From Candidatus Latescibacterota bacterium (GTDB lineage: Bacteria; Latescibacterota; UBA2968): a DNA stretch of 64,000 bases. The DNA is taken from positions 5,792,001 through 5,856,000 of the forward strand of contig OZ240241.1 in assembly GCA_965198115.1 (NCBI GenBank). The letters are read 5' to 3'. Below are positions 49,627 through 59,235 of this stretch, piece by piece. Under the pieces are notes generated by a model. That model saw nothing but the letters and a program-made list of their open reading frames with translations. It was not told the origin of the DNA and made no database searches. How positions within the stretch are numbered: the stretch's first letter is position 1; each line of letters opens with the position of its first letter. The position numbers and the translations under genes were made by a program.

Positions 49627-51678
49627 GTGGGTCGAGTAGCGATCTATTGTGTCCCCCAGCCGGAGATGTCGTTGTCCGCAGATCCTCTCAGAATGCCTTC
49701 TTCCGAGGATGAAGCCGAGTCGGAAGGGTCATCGATCATCACACGAAGGGCGTTGATCGTCGGTCTGGCGATGGCCCTTTGGATGCCGTTCTGGCCCACC
49801 TACACGAGTCTCGTCCTCCATTCCACGCGCGCCGATCACTCGCACCTGTCGATGGCGATGCTCATTCCCTTCGTCGCCCTTCTGATCCTGAACGTCTTTC
49901 TCGAACGATACGGTGTCGGGTTCTCACCCACGGAGCTTCTCACGGTTTGCTGCATCGGAATGGTAGCCGGTGTGATGCAGGGCGAATGGCTGACCATCTG
50001 GTTTCTGCAGCTTCTGACGATGCCAGCTTATTTCGCGTCCCCCGAGAATCGCTTCGAAGAAGTCCTGCTACCCCATATGCCGAGTTGGACGACGGTCACC
50101 GACAAGGATGTCGTGAGGGGATTCTACGAGGGCGTTCTGCCGGGAAGCCCGTTCCCTTGGGCAGAGTGGGGTTCGGTCCTGTTCTGCTGGGGTCTGTTCC
50201 TCCTCACCGTGCTGACGATCAACCTGTGTCTGAGCGTTCTGCTGCGGAAGCAGTGGCAGGAACACGAGCGCCTGGCCTATCCGGTGGCCACAGCGCTGCT
50301 CGAACTGACGGGCGTATCCGGCACGCGGGGGACGTTGTCGACTCTGGCGCGCAACCGGCGCTTTCAGCTGGGATTCGCGTTCACGTTTATCGTGATCGCG
50401 TACAACGTCTCGACGTGGTTTACGGTTAATCTGCCGATGATCCCGTTCCTGGCAGGGCGATACGGACGACACGTGATTCCCACAATGCCCGGTTTTCCGA
50501 GCATCGTTACGACATTCGTTCTGCTCACGTTTTGTCTGGGCTACTTCACGAAGACGGAGGTGCTGTTCAGCCTGTGGTTCTTCCATCTGGTCCAGATCGT
50601 GCAGAAGGGCATCATGAACCGTCTGGGCGTAGACTTGGGATCGTCGGACCCGTGGAGCTCCGGTCATCCGGCCATCGGATGGGAGACGTTCGGCGGGATG
50701 ATCGTGTTCGTGCTATGGGGGTTCTGGACGGCTCGATCGCACTTTCGGGACGTTTATCGAAAGGCTTTTCACAAGGACGAGACCGTAGACGATTCGGAAG
50801 AGTTGATGTCTTACCGAACAGCCCTCTTTCTGCTGATCGGTTGTACCGCGTTTCTGATGCTGTGGCTCAACCAGGCGGGTATGAACTGGGGGCCGATCTT
50901 CGCGTGGTGCTTTGCGACGCTGATTCTTTTCGTCGGTCTCGCACGGATCGTGGTCGAGAGCGGGTTGGTCTATCTCCGGGTGCCGATCACGGCGCAGGCC
51001 TTCACCTGGCACACGTTCGGGATCGCCGGCCTCGGTCCGGCGAGCGCGGCGATCCTGACGCTGACCAACACGATCGTGGCGGACGGCAAGACGTTCGCGA
51101 TCACGCAGATGGCTCACGTTCCGCGGTTGAGTATGGCGATGGCACGTCGAAGCCGGAAAGCGCTCGCGCCAGCTGTCCTGACAGCCTGCGCCCTGGGCGG
51201 GACGATCGTGATCGCGTTCCTCCTCTACCAAGGCTACTACGTGATGGGGAGCTACAACTTTGGGACGGGCAGCTTCAACGGAACGGGTGGCGCCGTTGCG
51301 TGGAGTCGCCTTGCAGTCGGCCGCATTCAGGACGGCACGACGGCAACAGATTGGGACCGAATGGCGTGGCTTGGCGTGGGCGGAGCCTTTACGGCAGGGC
51401 TTTTCTATCTGAGATATCGGTTTACGAGCTTTCCGCTCCATCCGATCGGCTTCACGATCTGCGGGATGGTGGAGATGGCCGACAACGCCTGGAGCCTCTT
51501 CCTCATCTGGAGTGTGAAGACCCTGATTCTGAAGATCGGCGGGCTGGAAAGTTATCGACGCAACGCTCCGATTTTCCTGGGGATGATTATGGGCTACGTG
51601 GCGGGTGTGGCTTTAGGGGTGATCGCGGACGCCTTCTGGTTTCCGGGGGAAGGACATGAAATCCATTGTGACCCCTGA
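49627..51678 (+). CDS. DUF6785/DUF6784-type membrane protein, paralog 3 (start uncertain)
   Basis: ITRRALIVGL, YFASPENRF, LRKQWQEHERLAYPVA, ARIVVESGL, LHPIGF. Confidence 0.75.
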   Translation: MGRVAIYCVPQPEMSLSADPLRMPSSEDEAESEGSSIITRRALIVGLAMALWMPFWPTYTSLVLHSTRADHSHLSMAMLIPFVALLILNVFLERYGVGFSPTELLTVCCIGMVAGVMQGEWLTIWFLQLLTMPAYFASPENRFEEVLLPHMPSWTTVTDKDVVRGFYEGVLPGSPFPWAEWGSVLFCWGLFLLTVLTINLCLSVLLRKQWQEHERLAYPVATALLELTGVSGTRGTLSTLARNRRFQLGFAFTFIVIAYNVSTWFTVNLPMIPFLAGRYGRHVIPTMPGFPSIVTTFVLLTFCLGYFTKTEVLFSLWFFHLVQIVQKGIMNRLGVDLGSSDPWSSGHPAIGWETFGGMIVFVLWGFWTARSHFRDVYRKAFHKDETVDDSEELMSYRTALFLLIGCTAFLMLWLNQAGMNWGPIFAWCFATLILFVGLARIVVESGLVYLRVPITAQAFTWHTFGIAGLGPASAAILTLTNTIVADGKTFAITQMAHVPRLSMAMARRSRKALAPAVLTACALGGTIVIAFLLYQGYYVMGSYNFGTGSFNGTGGAVAWSRLAVGRIQDGTTATDWDRMAWLGVGGAFTAGLFYLRYRFTSFPLHPIGFTICGMVEMADNAWSLFLIWSVKTLILKIGGLESYRRNAPIFLGMIMGYVAGVALGVIADAFWFPGEGHEIHCDP

Positions 51679-51715
51679 TTATGAAATTAGGGAATTGGCA
51701 CATTAGAAACTACGT

Positions 51716-51823
51716 GTCATCCCGGTGGGCTTCTGAGCCGGGATCTGATTTCCCGCGCCTACACGGTTCGACAGTGGTGCGCGGAGTCAAATGGACCCCG
51801 GCTCAACACACTACCGGGGTGAC
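51716..51823. repeat. GTCAT/GTGAC-tagged inverted hairpin pair between convergent genes
   Basis: GTCATCCCGG...CCGGGAT and ACCCCGG...CCGGGGTGAC. Confidence 0.65.
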
Positions 51824-51973
51824 ATTATTTTTGCCGTAGCGTGTTGTTCAAACTCTCGTCCAACACCATCACCAACCGATCATCCTGAGTGACGTTCTCG
51901 GTCACGGCATTGCGTGAGCATTCACCGAACGCAGTCACACGTTGTATCGAAGGGCGAGTGGTGGGCTGTTGCG

Positions 51974-52775
51974 TCAACGGTGGGTAGGACCGCCCTGGGC
52001 TGGCTGGAGCATCTCACCATCCACCACATCCGGGCGCTCGTGGACGCCAGGACGGAGCAAAATCCGCTTCTGCTGTTCGGTCAGGTCTGTGTACTCCTCT
52101 TCGTTATAGCCCCCTGGTTGAGCCACAAGATGACCGGGGCCGAATTTGTAAAGCAGAACCTTTCGCTCGTGGTCGGCCATCCAGGGCAGGGTGCCGTGGG
52201 TCAATGCTTCCGTGAAGAAGATGGCGTCGCCCGCTTTGACTTCTGGCTGGACGACGTAATGCGGCACGCGCTCGAACTTTCGAACATCTTCCGGCAGACC
52301 CGTGCGGAAATTGGTTTTGTGGCTTCCACGCACGCACGCAAACCCGCCGTCGCGTCAGACAACACGTAGGTCATCACCGATAACCCGCACTGCATCACCC
52401 CGTCCTGGTAGCGGTAGTAGTGATGGAACAGGTTGGGGAGCCCACCGTGGAGTGCGCCTCGCTTTGCCCCTGTGGTCATGAAAATGCCGTAGTCGTGGTC
52501 GAGGCGGAATCGAGGCCCCAGAAACTCGATGAGGTAGGGGAGGACCTTCGGATGATCGATCAAGTTCTGGCACGCCACATCCCAATGGGATATGCGAGGG
52601 CTCGGCGAACACCGGGATGGTTTCCCTGAATGCTGTCAGCCTCTGAATCACCATAATCTCTCGTAAATTCGCGATCGACGACCTCGAGCAGCGTATCGAT
52701 CTCGTCCTGGCTCAGGACGTCACGGATGACGAGGTAACCGTCCAGGTCGAACATGAATTTTTCTTCGGGTGTCAT
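51974..52775 (-). pseudogene. PhyH-family oxygenase (HGG variant) with two frameshifts (~52610, ~52350)
   Basis: FDLDGYLVI / LIDHP...FRLDHDY...LHGG / GFACVRGSHK...FTEALTHGT...LLYKF in three frames. Confidence 0.82.
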
Positions 52776-52906
52776 CGGTTGCTCCTGCGCGTCCCTGTGC
52801 ATAGGTCCCTGTGCATAGCACAGAGACGAGCTCAACGCACTGTCTTAGTGGGGAAATGTAGCGCCACCCTCGCCCTCGTGCTCTGCACGAGGGCGCAGTT
52901 CCTCTA

Positions 52907-53701
52907 TCATTCAGGAGGCGCGATCGTATAGCCCTCATATGGACTGGTGTGGCCCGAATATTCGCGCTCCCCGCGAATGAGAGTCTTTTCGGGATCGTCC
53001 TTGATCACGTTCTTGACGTCGTGCGGACGATAGGCGAGCGTCAGCGCACGTCTCGAGCTGTCGGTTTCGTTGACGTCCGATCCGTGATAGCAACGGTCGA
53101 TGAACAGGAGCACGCCGCCTCTTGGCATTGGCACGGGGAGTGACCGTCGGTAGAGCTCGATTTTGCGAAACTCGCCCTTGGGTCTTCGTTCCTCTGGATC
53201 TTCCCTGCCCTGATAGCGGAAGGGTCGCTGATGGCTGCCCGGTACGATTCGGATGCACCCGTTTTCCAGGTCGGATGCTTCCAGAAAGATCGAGGCTGTG
53301 ACCAGCAGGTAGCTATAGGGTGACTCGCCGCTGTGCCACGGAACGGGGTAGGAGTTCCCGGGACGAATCATCATATGGTTGTGCTTGTTGGTTACGAGTT
53401 CGATGTTGGGTCCGAGGATGCTATCCAACGCATCCAGGATGATGGGATGCCGTGCCGTTTCGAGGTAGACAGGGTCTCGATCGAGGATCTTCGAAATCCT
53501 TCTGATATTGCCGGGGGTAATCGGTTCGTCCGTGTTTTCCCGAACGATTGGAGGAACCCCCATCTCGATCTGCTTATCCGTTGCCTCGTTCAGCCGGTCG
53601 ATGAGATCGTCCGGCAGGAGTTCGGGTATCCTGTAGAATCCGTTGTGTGTGAAGTACCAGAGATCTTCGTCCGTCAGCGACGTTGTCCTCTCTGCTGGCA
53701 T
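52907..53701 (-). CDS. PhyH-family Fe(II)/2OG oxygenase (HxG variant)
   Basis: HNGFY, ILGPNI, PWHSGE, ENGCIRIVPGSH, CYHGSDVN, SRRAL. Confidence 0.88.
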   Translation of the reverse strand: MPAERTTSLTDEDLWYFTHNGFYRIPELLPDDLIDRLNEATDKQIEMGVPPIVRENTDEPITPGNIRRISKILDRDPVYLETARHPIILDALDSILGPNIELVTNKHNHMMIRPGNSYPVPWHSGESPYSYLLVTASIFLEASDLENGCIRIVPGSHQRPFRYQGREDPEERRPKGEFRKIELYRRSLPVPMPRGGVLLFIDRCYHGSDVNETDSSRRALTLAYRPHDVKNVIKDDPEKTLIRGEREYSGHTSPYEGYTIAPPE

Positions 53702-53767
53702 TGATTTTTGTCCTTTCGCGACCTTTCCTTGGCGTCCACCTGCGTTTCAAAACCAACCGGAGAAAAC

Positions 53768-54964
53768 ATGAACCGAAGTGGCCCCTTAGCAGGCGTCAAG
53801 GTTCTCGATTTCACACACGTGCTCTCGGGGTCGTACGGCACGATGCTGCTCGGAGACCTGGGTGCGGATATCATCAAGGTCGAGCGCAAGGGGGTTGGTG
53901 ATGCCCTGCGAAGCACACCTCCGCTGAAAGACGGCCAGAGCGCCTACTTCTTCTGTACCAATCGCAACAAACGATGCCTGTCTCTCGACCTGAAGAAAAA
54001 GGGAGCCCTCGAACTGGTCAATCGCCTTGTGAAGGGCTGCGACGTGTTCGCAGAGAATTTCAGACCCGGCGTGATGGATCGGTTGGGATTGGGATACGAA
54101 GACATTCAGAAGGTCCGACCCGACATCATCTACGCCAGTCTGTCGGCTTTCGGTGAAAAGGGCCCTTATCGGGACAGACCGGGGTTCGAACTGATCATCC
54201 AGTCTCTGGTGGGGCTCGTGGGTGTGACATCCGAACCCGGCGGACGACCTGCGAAGGTTCAACCGCAGGTTGCAGATATCTGTGGGGGAATGTATCTGGC
54301 GGTCGCCATCCTGGGCGCCCTTTATCACCGCAGTCAAACCGGGAAGGGCCAGCGAGTCACGACTTCGCTGACAGAGGGTCTGTTCGCGTTGATGACGAAC
54401 TTCGTTTACCTGCATTTGATGGGCTCCCAGATTCCGGATCATCTCGGCACCCGCAACCCGATGTTGTTTCCATCTCAATCCTTCCGAACTCGCGATGGCT
54501 ACGTTTCGACGGTGGTCGTGCCGGCACATTGGGAGCGGTTCTGTCGTGCGTTGAGTAAGGTCGAGTGGATCGACCATGCAGACTACGGCGACGTGGTCTT
54601 TCGAGTTCAGCACTACGACGAAATGGAAGCGATGGTCGAGGAGGTGACGACAACCAGAGACACGTCTGACTGGGTGACCCAGTTCGAGCGGCACCAGGTG
54701 GCAGCTACCCCGATCAACGAGGTGGAGGATTTCTTCAATGACCCGCAGTTCAGCGCGTTGGAGTTGCTCACCACGGTGAATCACTCGAAAGCGGGTGACG
54801 TGCAGATCCAGACACCACCCTGGCAAATGTCTGAGACACCGTGCGAGGTAGACTTGCCTCCGCCGTCGTTGGGTGAGCATAGCGTTCAGATTCTGCTCAA
54901 GAACGGATTTTCAGAAGATGAAATCGAGTTTCTGTTGAAAGAAAACGTGATCGAGGGGGACTGA
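53768..54964 (+). CDS. Class III (CaiB/BaiF) CoA-transferase
   Basis: GPLAGVKVLDFT, LGDLGADIIKVE, NRNKR, ENFRPGVMDRLG, VADICGG catalytic Asp, PPSLGEH. Confidence 0.92.
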   Translation: MNRSGPLAGVKVLDFTHVLSGSYGTMLLGDLGADIIKVERKGVGDALRSTPPLKDGQSAYFFCTNRNKRCLSLDLKKKGALELVNRLVKGCDVFAENFRPGVMDRLGLGYEDIQKVRPDIIYASLSAFGEKGPYRDRPGFELIIQSLVGLVGVTSEPGGRPAKVQPQVADICGGMYLAVAILGALYHRSQTGKGQRVTTSLTEGLFALMTNFVYLHLMGSQIPDHLGTRNPMLFPSQSFRTRDGYVSTVVVPAHWERFCRALSKVEWIDHADYGDVVFRVQHYDEMEAMVEEVTTTRDTSDWVTQFERHQVAATPINEVEDFFNDPQFSALELLTTVNHSKAGDVQIQTPPWQMSETPCEVDLPPPSLGEHSVQILLKNGFSEDEIEFLLKENVIEGD

Positions 54965-54968
54965 GCCT

Positions 54969-56904
54969 TTACCAGGCGCGATTGACTTCGTGACCGTGTC
55001 CGTGGAACCAGATCGTGTCGACGACGACGTGGAAGGCAACCCCCATCGCGAAACCCACGAGCAACCTAAAAGCAGAGGCGTTGTTTTCCTGTAAAGCTGG
55101 AGGCCTCCGACACGCATCAAGATGACTTTGAGCAGCCAGACCAAAAAGACAGAGATGACGATTCGTCTCGACACGAGGGATGCTGGGAAAGTGAATCCGA
55201 TCGGGTGGATGGGGAATCTTGGAAAGAGATAGCGGACGTAGAGCAGCCCGCTCACGAAAACTGCGCCGATCCCGAGAAACGTGATCCTCGCCCAATCCGT
55301 ACCAAGCAGTTGACCCTGAATCCGGTTAGCTGTGAACGTCCAGATGCCGACCGGACCATCGTTGTGTCCGTTGAAGCTCCGCACACCGAAGTTGTAGCTG
55401 CCGGTGACGTGATAGCCGTAGTAGAGGATGAATCCGAACACGGTGATTGCGCCGGCGAGGGCTGCGAGCATCACGGCGGGAGCGAGCGTTTTTCGGGTTC
55501 GGACGTTGATGGCCTGTCCGAGACGTGGGATGTGAGCGAGCATCGTCATACCGAACGTCTTGGCGTCGCAGTGAAAGGCGAACGTGAGGCCGAGCGCAGC
55601 GGCGCTGGCTGGGCCGAGACCGGCGATGCCGTGGACGTACCAGGTGAAAGCCTGGGCGGTGATGGGCCCTCTCAGGAAGACGAGACCGCTTTCGACGACG
55701 ATGCGGGCGAGCCCTAGATAGACGACGAGCGTACCGAACCAGAAGGTCAGCATCAGAATCCAGTCGAAGCCTGCCTGCCTCAACCAGAGCAACGTGTAGG
55801 CGCAACTTCCCAAAAGCATCCAGGTGGCCGTGCGATAGCTGAAGAGCTCCTCCGAATCGTCCAGATCGCCACGTCCGGTGATGCCTTGACGATCACCTTT
55901 TGCAGGTGGTCCCGGGCCGACCAGACCCCCCAACCGACGAACACGATCATTCCGCCGAAGTTCTGCCATCCGATGGAGGCTGCGGATGAGCACCACATAT
56001 CTGCGCCACCGATGGAAAATCCGAGTCGATTGAAGATCCCCGCTTGAACCATCGTGACTAGGTTGAAGAACCAGAGGCTGAAGAGGACGTCCGACTTGGT
56101 GAAATAGCCGAAGATGATGGTCAGGATGCTCTCTGTAAGAATGAATCCTGGGAAGCCTCGGGTGATGACGATCGTTCTCTCGAAACCCTCTTCCCTCAAG
56201 AGGGGCAGATCGGGGATGGTCGGAACGAACCAGGAAGCCACGTGCCAACAGACGATGCCGAAAACGAGCGAGAATCCTGTCCAGAAGAGCGAAGACCGCA
56301 TCGCGATGAGGAGAGTGCCTCGGGTTCCCGATGTGCCGGTCAGTTCGAGGAGGGTTCGAGCGATGGGGAAGGGCAGGCGCTCGTATTCCATCCACTGTTT
56401 GCGGAAGATCAGGCTGATCGAAAGATTGACGAGCAGTATGGCACCCAGGAACGTTCCCCACCAGAACATGGGCGTGACCCACGACGCCCACGGAATCGAC
56501 TGACCCGGGCCGAGACCTTCGTAGAACCCGGCCGTGGCGTGGGCGTCCACGATCGTCCACTCCGGCAGGCGGCTGACGATCAGCTCCGCCCAGCGATTTT
56601 CCGCCGAGGCGAAGTAGGTGGGTGCGGTGATGACGCCGAGGAAATAGCCGGAGAGCCATTCGCCCTGCATACAGGCTGCGATCATCCCCATACAGCAGAT
56701 CGTCAGAAGCTCGGACGGCGACAGGCCGCGGTCTTGTGAAAAGAGGAGGTTCAGCCCGAGGAGGATGAAAAACGGGATCAGAAGGCCGATCGAGAGTTGA
56801 GAGAAGTCAGCCCGTGACGAGTCCACGACCAGGCTGGAGTAGGCTGGCCAGAGGTTGACCCAGGACGCCATCAGCAGTCCCAGCAGGAAGGACCGACGCG
56901 TCAT
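54969..56904 (-). pseudogene. DUF6785/DUF6784-type membrane protein, paralog 4, two frameshifts (~55881, ~55064)
   Basis: Three consecutive frames align with paralogs 1-3, from MTRRSFLLGL to WFHGHGHEVNRAW. Confidence 0.8.
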
Positions 56905-56958
56905 TGACCTACGTTTCGAGGGGCTCGTTCGGCGAGAAGCGGCAAAGGACCCTCGCCG

Positions 56959-57333
56959 TCACTGTAAGCTCGGAAGCGGCCAGAGCTCCTCACACTGCTT
57001 CTGTGTAAACGACGGGGACGCGGCACTCAAGTACCGTAGTGTGCACCCACTCGTGTTTCGGAGGCCGTGTTCGGATTCGGATGGAATGAAGACGCAGTCT
57101 CCCTGCTCGACCTCTTGCTCATCGCCATCCGCTGACATTACTCCACTGCCTTCGAGGATGTAGTACATCTGTTCGGGCTTGTGAGAATGGGGATGCTGGA
57201 ACCCTTCAGCCTCCATCTCCACGAGCGTGACGGTCAGATGGTCGGAACGAGATGTCCTGGCCGACACGAGCAGGAAGGATTCGATGCCGTCTCGTCGATA
57301 CCGTGGTGCTGTACCGGTTCGAAGAACAATCAT
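56959..57333 (-). CDS. Cupin domain protein
   Basis: HPHSHKPEQMYYILEGSG and GDCVFIPSESEHGLRN cupin motifs. Confidence 0.88.
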   Translation of the reverse strand: MIVLRTGTAPRYRRDGIESFLLVSARTSRSDHLTVTLVEMEAEGFQHPHSHKPEQMYYILEGSGVMSADGDEQEVEQGDCVFIPSESEHGLRNTSGCTLRYLSAASPSFTQKQCEELWPLPSLQ

Positions 57334-57384
57334 TTGGGCTTGGCCCTTCGTGTGCGGAGGCCCAGGCTCCCCGGACGACCGACG

Positions 57385-58938
57385 TTAACGATAGTTGATG
57401 ACGAGCTCGATGGACTCGAGGCGCGGGGATCTCGTGTTCGGTTCGACGCATTTGGGCAGGGCAACCGTTATCTCGTTCGGGCCCTGCACCGCCGGAACGT
57501 CGCGGTGCACGACGGTCGTACAGCCAGGGAATTCTACCCAATGACTGTCGATCAGAGGATCCCCGTTGAGGGTCGTCGCGACTTCCTTCATCAGCCGATC
57601 GAATCCCGTAAACGCGAAGCGCAACCAGATACAGCTCAGAGCGTTGTCGTGCCTGGCCGACTCGATATCGTCTCCGACCCAGACCGTGAAGGATGCGCTA
57701 TCACCCGGATTCGTCAGATCCAGGGGCAGGGGCATCGCGCCCCCTTCTTCGCACGTCCGTCTGAGGATATCGCTCGTGACCCAGTAGCGTTTGTTCTCGC
57801 GCGCAAGAAGCGACGGGTTCCCAATTCGTTCGAGCACGCCGATCTCCGCGGGTTCGTAGGGCAGGTTTCCTCCTGCTGTGCGGTGACAATCGTAGTTGAA
57901 GAGATAGATGAAGCTTGCGCCCTGGTGCCAATAGCTCAGGGCGCCGGCGTAGAGCATATCGGGACCTGGAACGAGCGGGGTCCGCGATCCGTAGCCTCTG
58001 AACCGATGCTCGAGTCCACCTCCGATTCGGCATTCCGTTCCCCTGGCCAGATCGGCAAATCGTCTCACCTCGGCTCCCATATCCAGGTGTTGCGAATCCA
58101 TCGGAACGATCAAGTCGACCAGGTTTTCCTCGATCCAGGTCGGGGCATCGAGTCCAAGTGACAGACACCACTCCACCGTGGGCGGTACACGGGCCATCAG
58201 CGTAAGAGGACGGCCCTTCCTTTCGGAGATTGCACGCGTTCCCGACCGAACGGCACGGACGAAGTCCGTCATCAAGGGCAGACCCGCTTGCTGCTCTCCG
58301 TCTTTGAAATACCAGGGTCCTCGCTGAAAGTTCATCTCAAACCCATCGACATCGTGCTTCTCGCAGGTTTCCAGGATGAGACCTAGCTTACGTTCGCGCA
58401 CTTCCGGTCGGGCGAAATCGAAACACCAGGTGTAACCCTCCTTTGGAGGTCCGTAGGGATGGTCCCGAGGGTACGATGCGCCGATGAGCAGCTCCGGATG
58501 CTCCTTCTTGTACGTGCTGCGCAACGTGCCGAATCGAGGTGTGTCGTCCTCGTGATTGTCGTTCATCCTCAACGCCGGCCAAAATCCGAGACCCCGGTCG
58601 TGAGCCCGCTCGGCCAACAGATCGAGGATGTCGATTTCGGCATCGAGGAAGGTTCGTGTGTTGTCGGCCATCCGACGAATCCATTGAAGCGATTCGTCCT
58701 CCGGCCATTCATCCACGTTCTCGCCATAGACTTCAGCGAACTCGGATCGGTGGGAGAGCGTCTCGTCGCCCCGGCCGATGGAGTTGGTGAAGACATCCAC
58801 ACCCGTGTCCACGATTTCTTCGATGTCCCGACAGGCCTGCTCGGGTGTGATCGGTGCAGGGAAAGCGGACAGCGTGGTGCTGTCGCCATCGGAGTTATAA
58901 ATGAGGCGAGGGAAACTTTCCGTTATGCGGTCAGCCAC
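57385..58938 (-). CDS. Uncharacterised protein with GHL10/DUF187-like TIM barrel
   Basis: RLIYNSDG, LRMNDNH, KEHPE, FDFARPEVRE, DVDGFEMNF, GLDAPTWI, IYLFNY. Confidence 0.65.
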   Translation of the reverse strand: MADRITESFPRLIYNSDGDSTTLSAFPAPITPEQACRDIEEIVDTGVDVFTNSIGRGDETLSHRSEFAEVYGENVDEWPEDESLQWIRRMADNTRTFLDAEIDILDLLAERAHDRGLGFWPALRMNDNHEDDTPRFGTLRSTYKKEHPELLIGASYPRDHPYGPPKEGYTWCFDFARPEVRERKLGLILETCEKHDVDGFEMNFQRGPWYFKDGEQQAGLPLMTDFVRAVRSGTRAISERKGRPLTLMARVPPTVEWCLSLGLDAPTWIEENLVDLIVPMDSQHLDMGAEVRRFADLARGTECRIGGGLEHRFRGYGSRTPLVPGPDMLYAGALSYWHQGASFIYLFNYDCHRTAGGNLPYEPAEIGVLERIGNPSLLARENKRYWVTSDILRRTCEEGGAMPLPLDLTNPGDSASFTVWVGDDIESARHDNALSCIWLRFAFTGFDRLMKEVATTLNGDPLIDSHWVEFPGCTTVVHRDVPAVQGPNEITVALPKCVEPNTRSPRLESIELVINYR

Positions 58939-58980
58939 GGTGTTTCTCTTTGGACCTGGTCCTAGAGGCGGCGGTGAGAC

Positions 58981-59200
58981 TCAGTCGAACGACAACGGCA
59001 GGCCGATGAGCACCCACAGTGCCCACACGACTGCGAGAACCGAAGCTCGGACGATGGATGCGCGGAAGGTGGGAACCCAACGGTCGGATCGAGCGCGCCC
59101 GACCCGGACGGTGATGGACGCCAGGTCGATTTGCGTGACGATGTTCCAGCCCAGCACGGCGTAACGGTCGGGCGTCAGACCGTACTCGAACGTTCGGCTG
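58981..59200 (-). pseudogene. C-terminal remnant of a DUF4153-like membrane protein
   Basis: Reads SRTFEYGLTPDRYAVLGWNIV...LAVVWALWVLIGLPLSFD-stop with no room for an N-terminus; absent from the ORF track. Confidence 0.55.
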
Positions 59201-59235
59201 AAACTTCTGGCAGCCTATTTCAGGGATCGAGTTGA

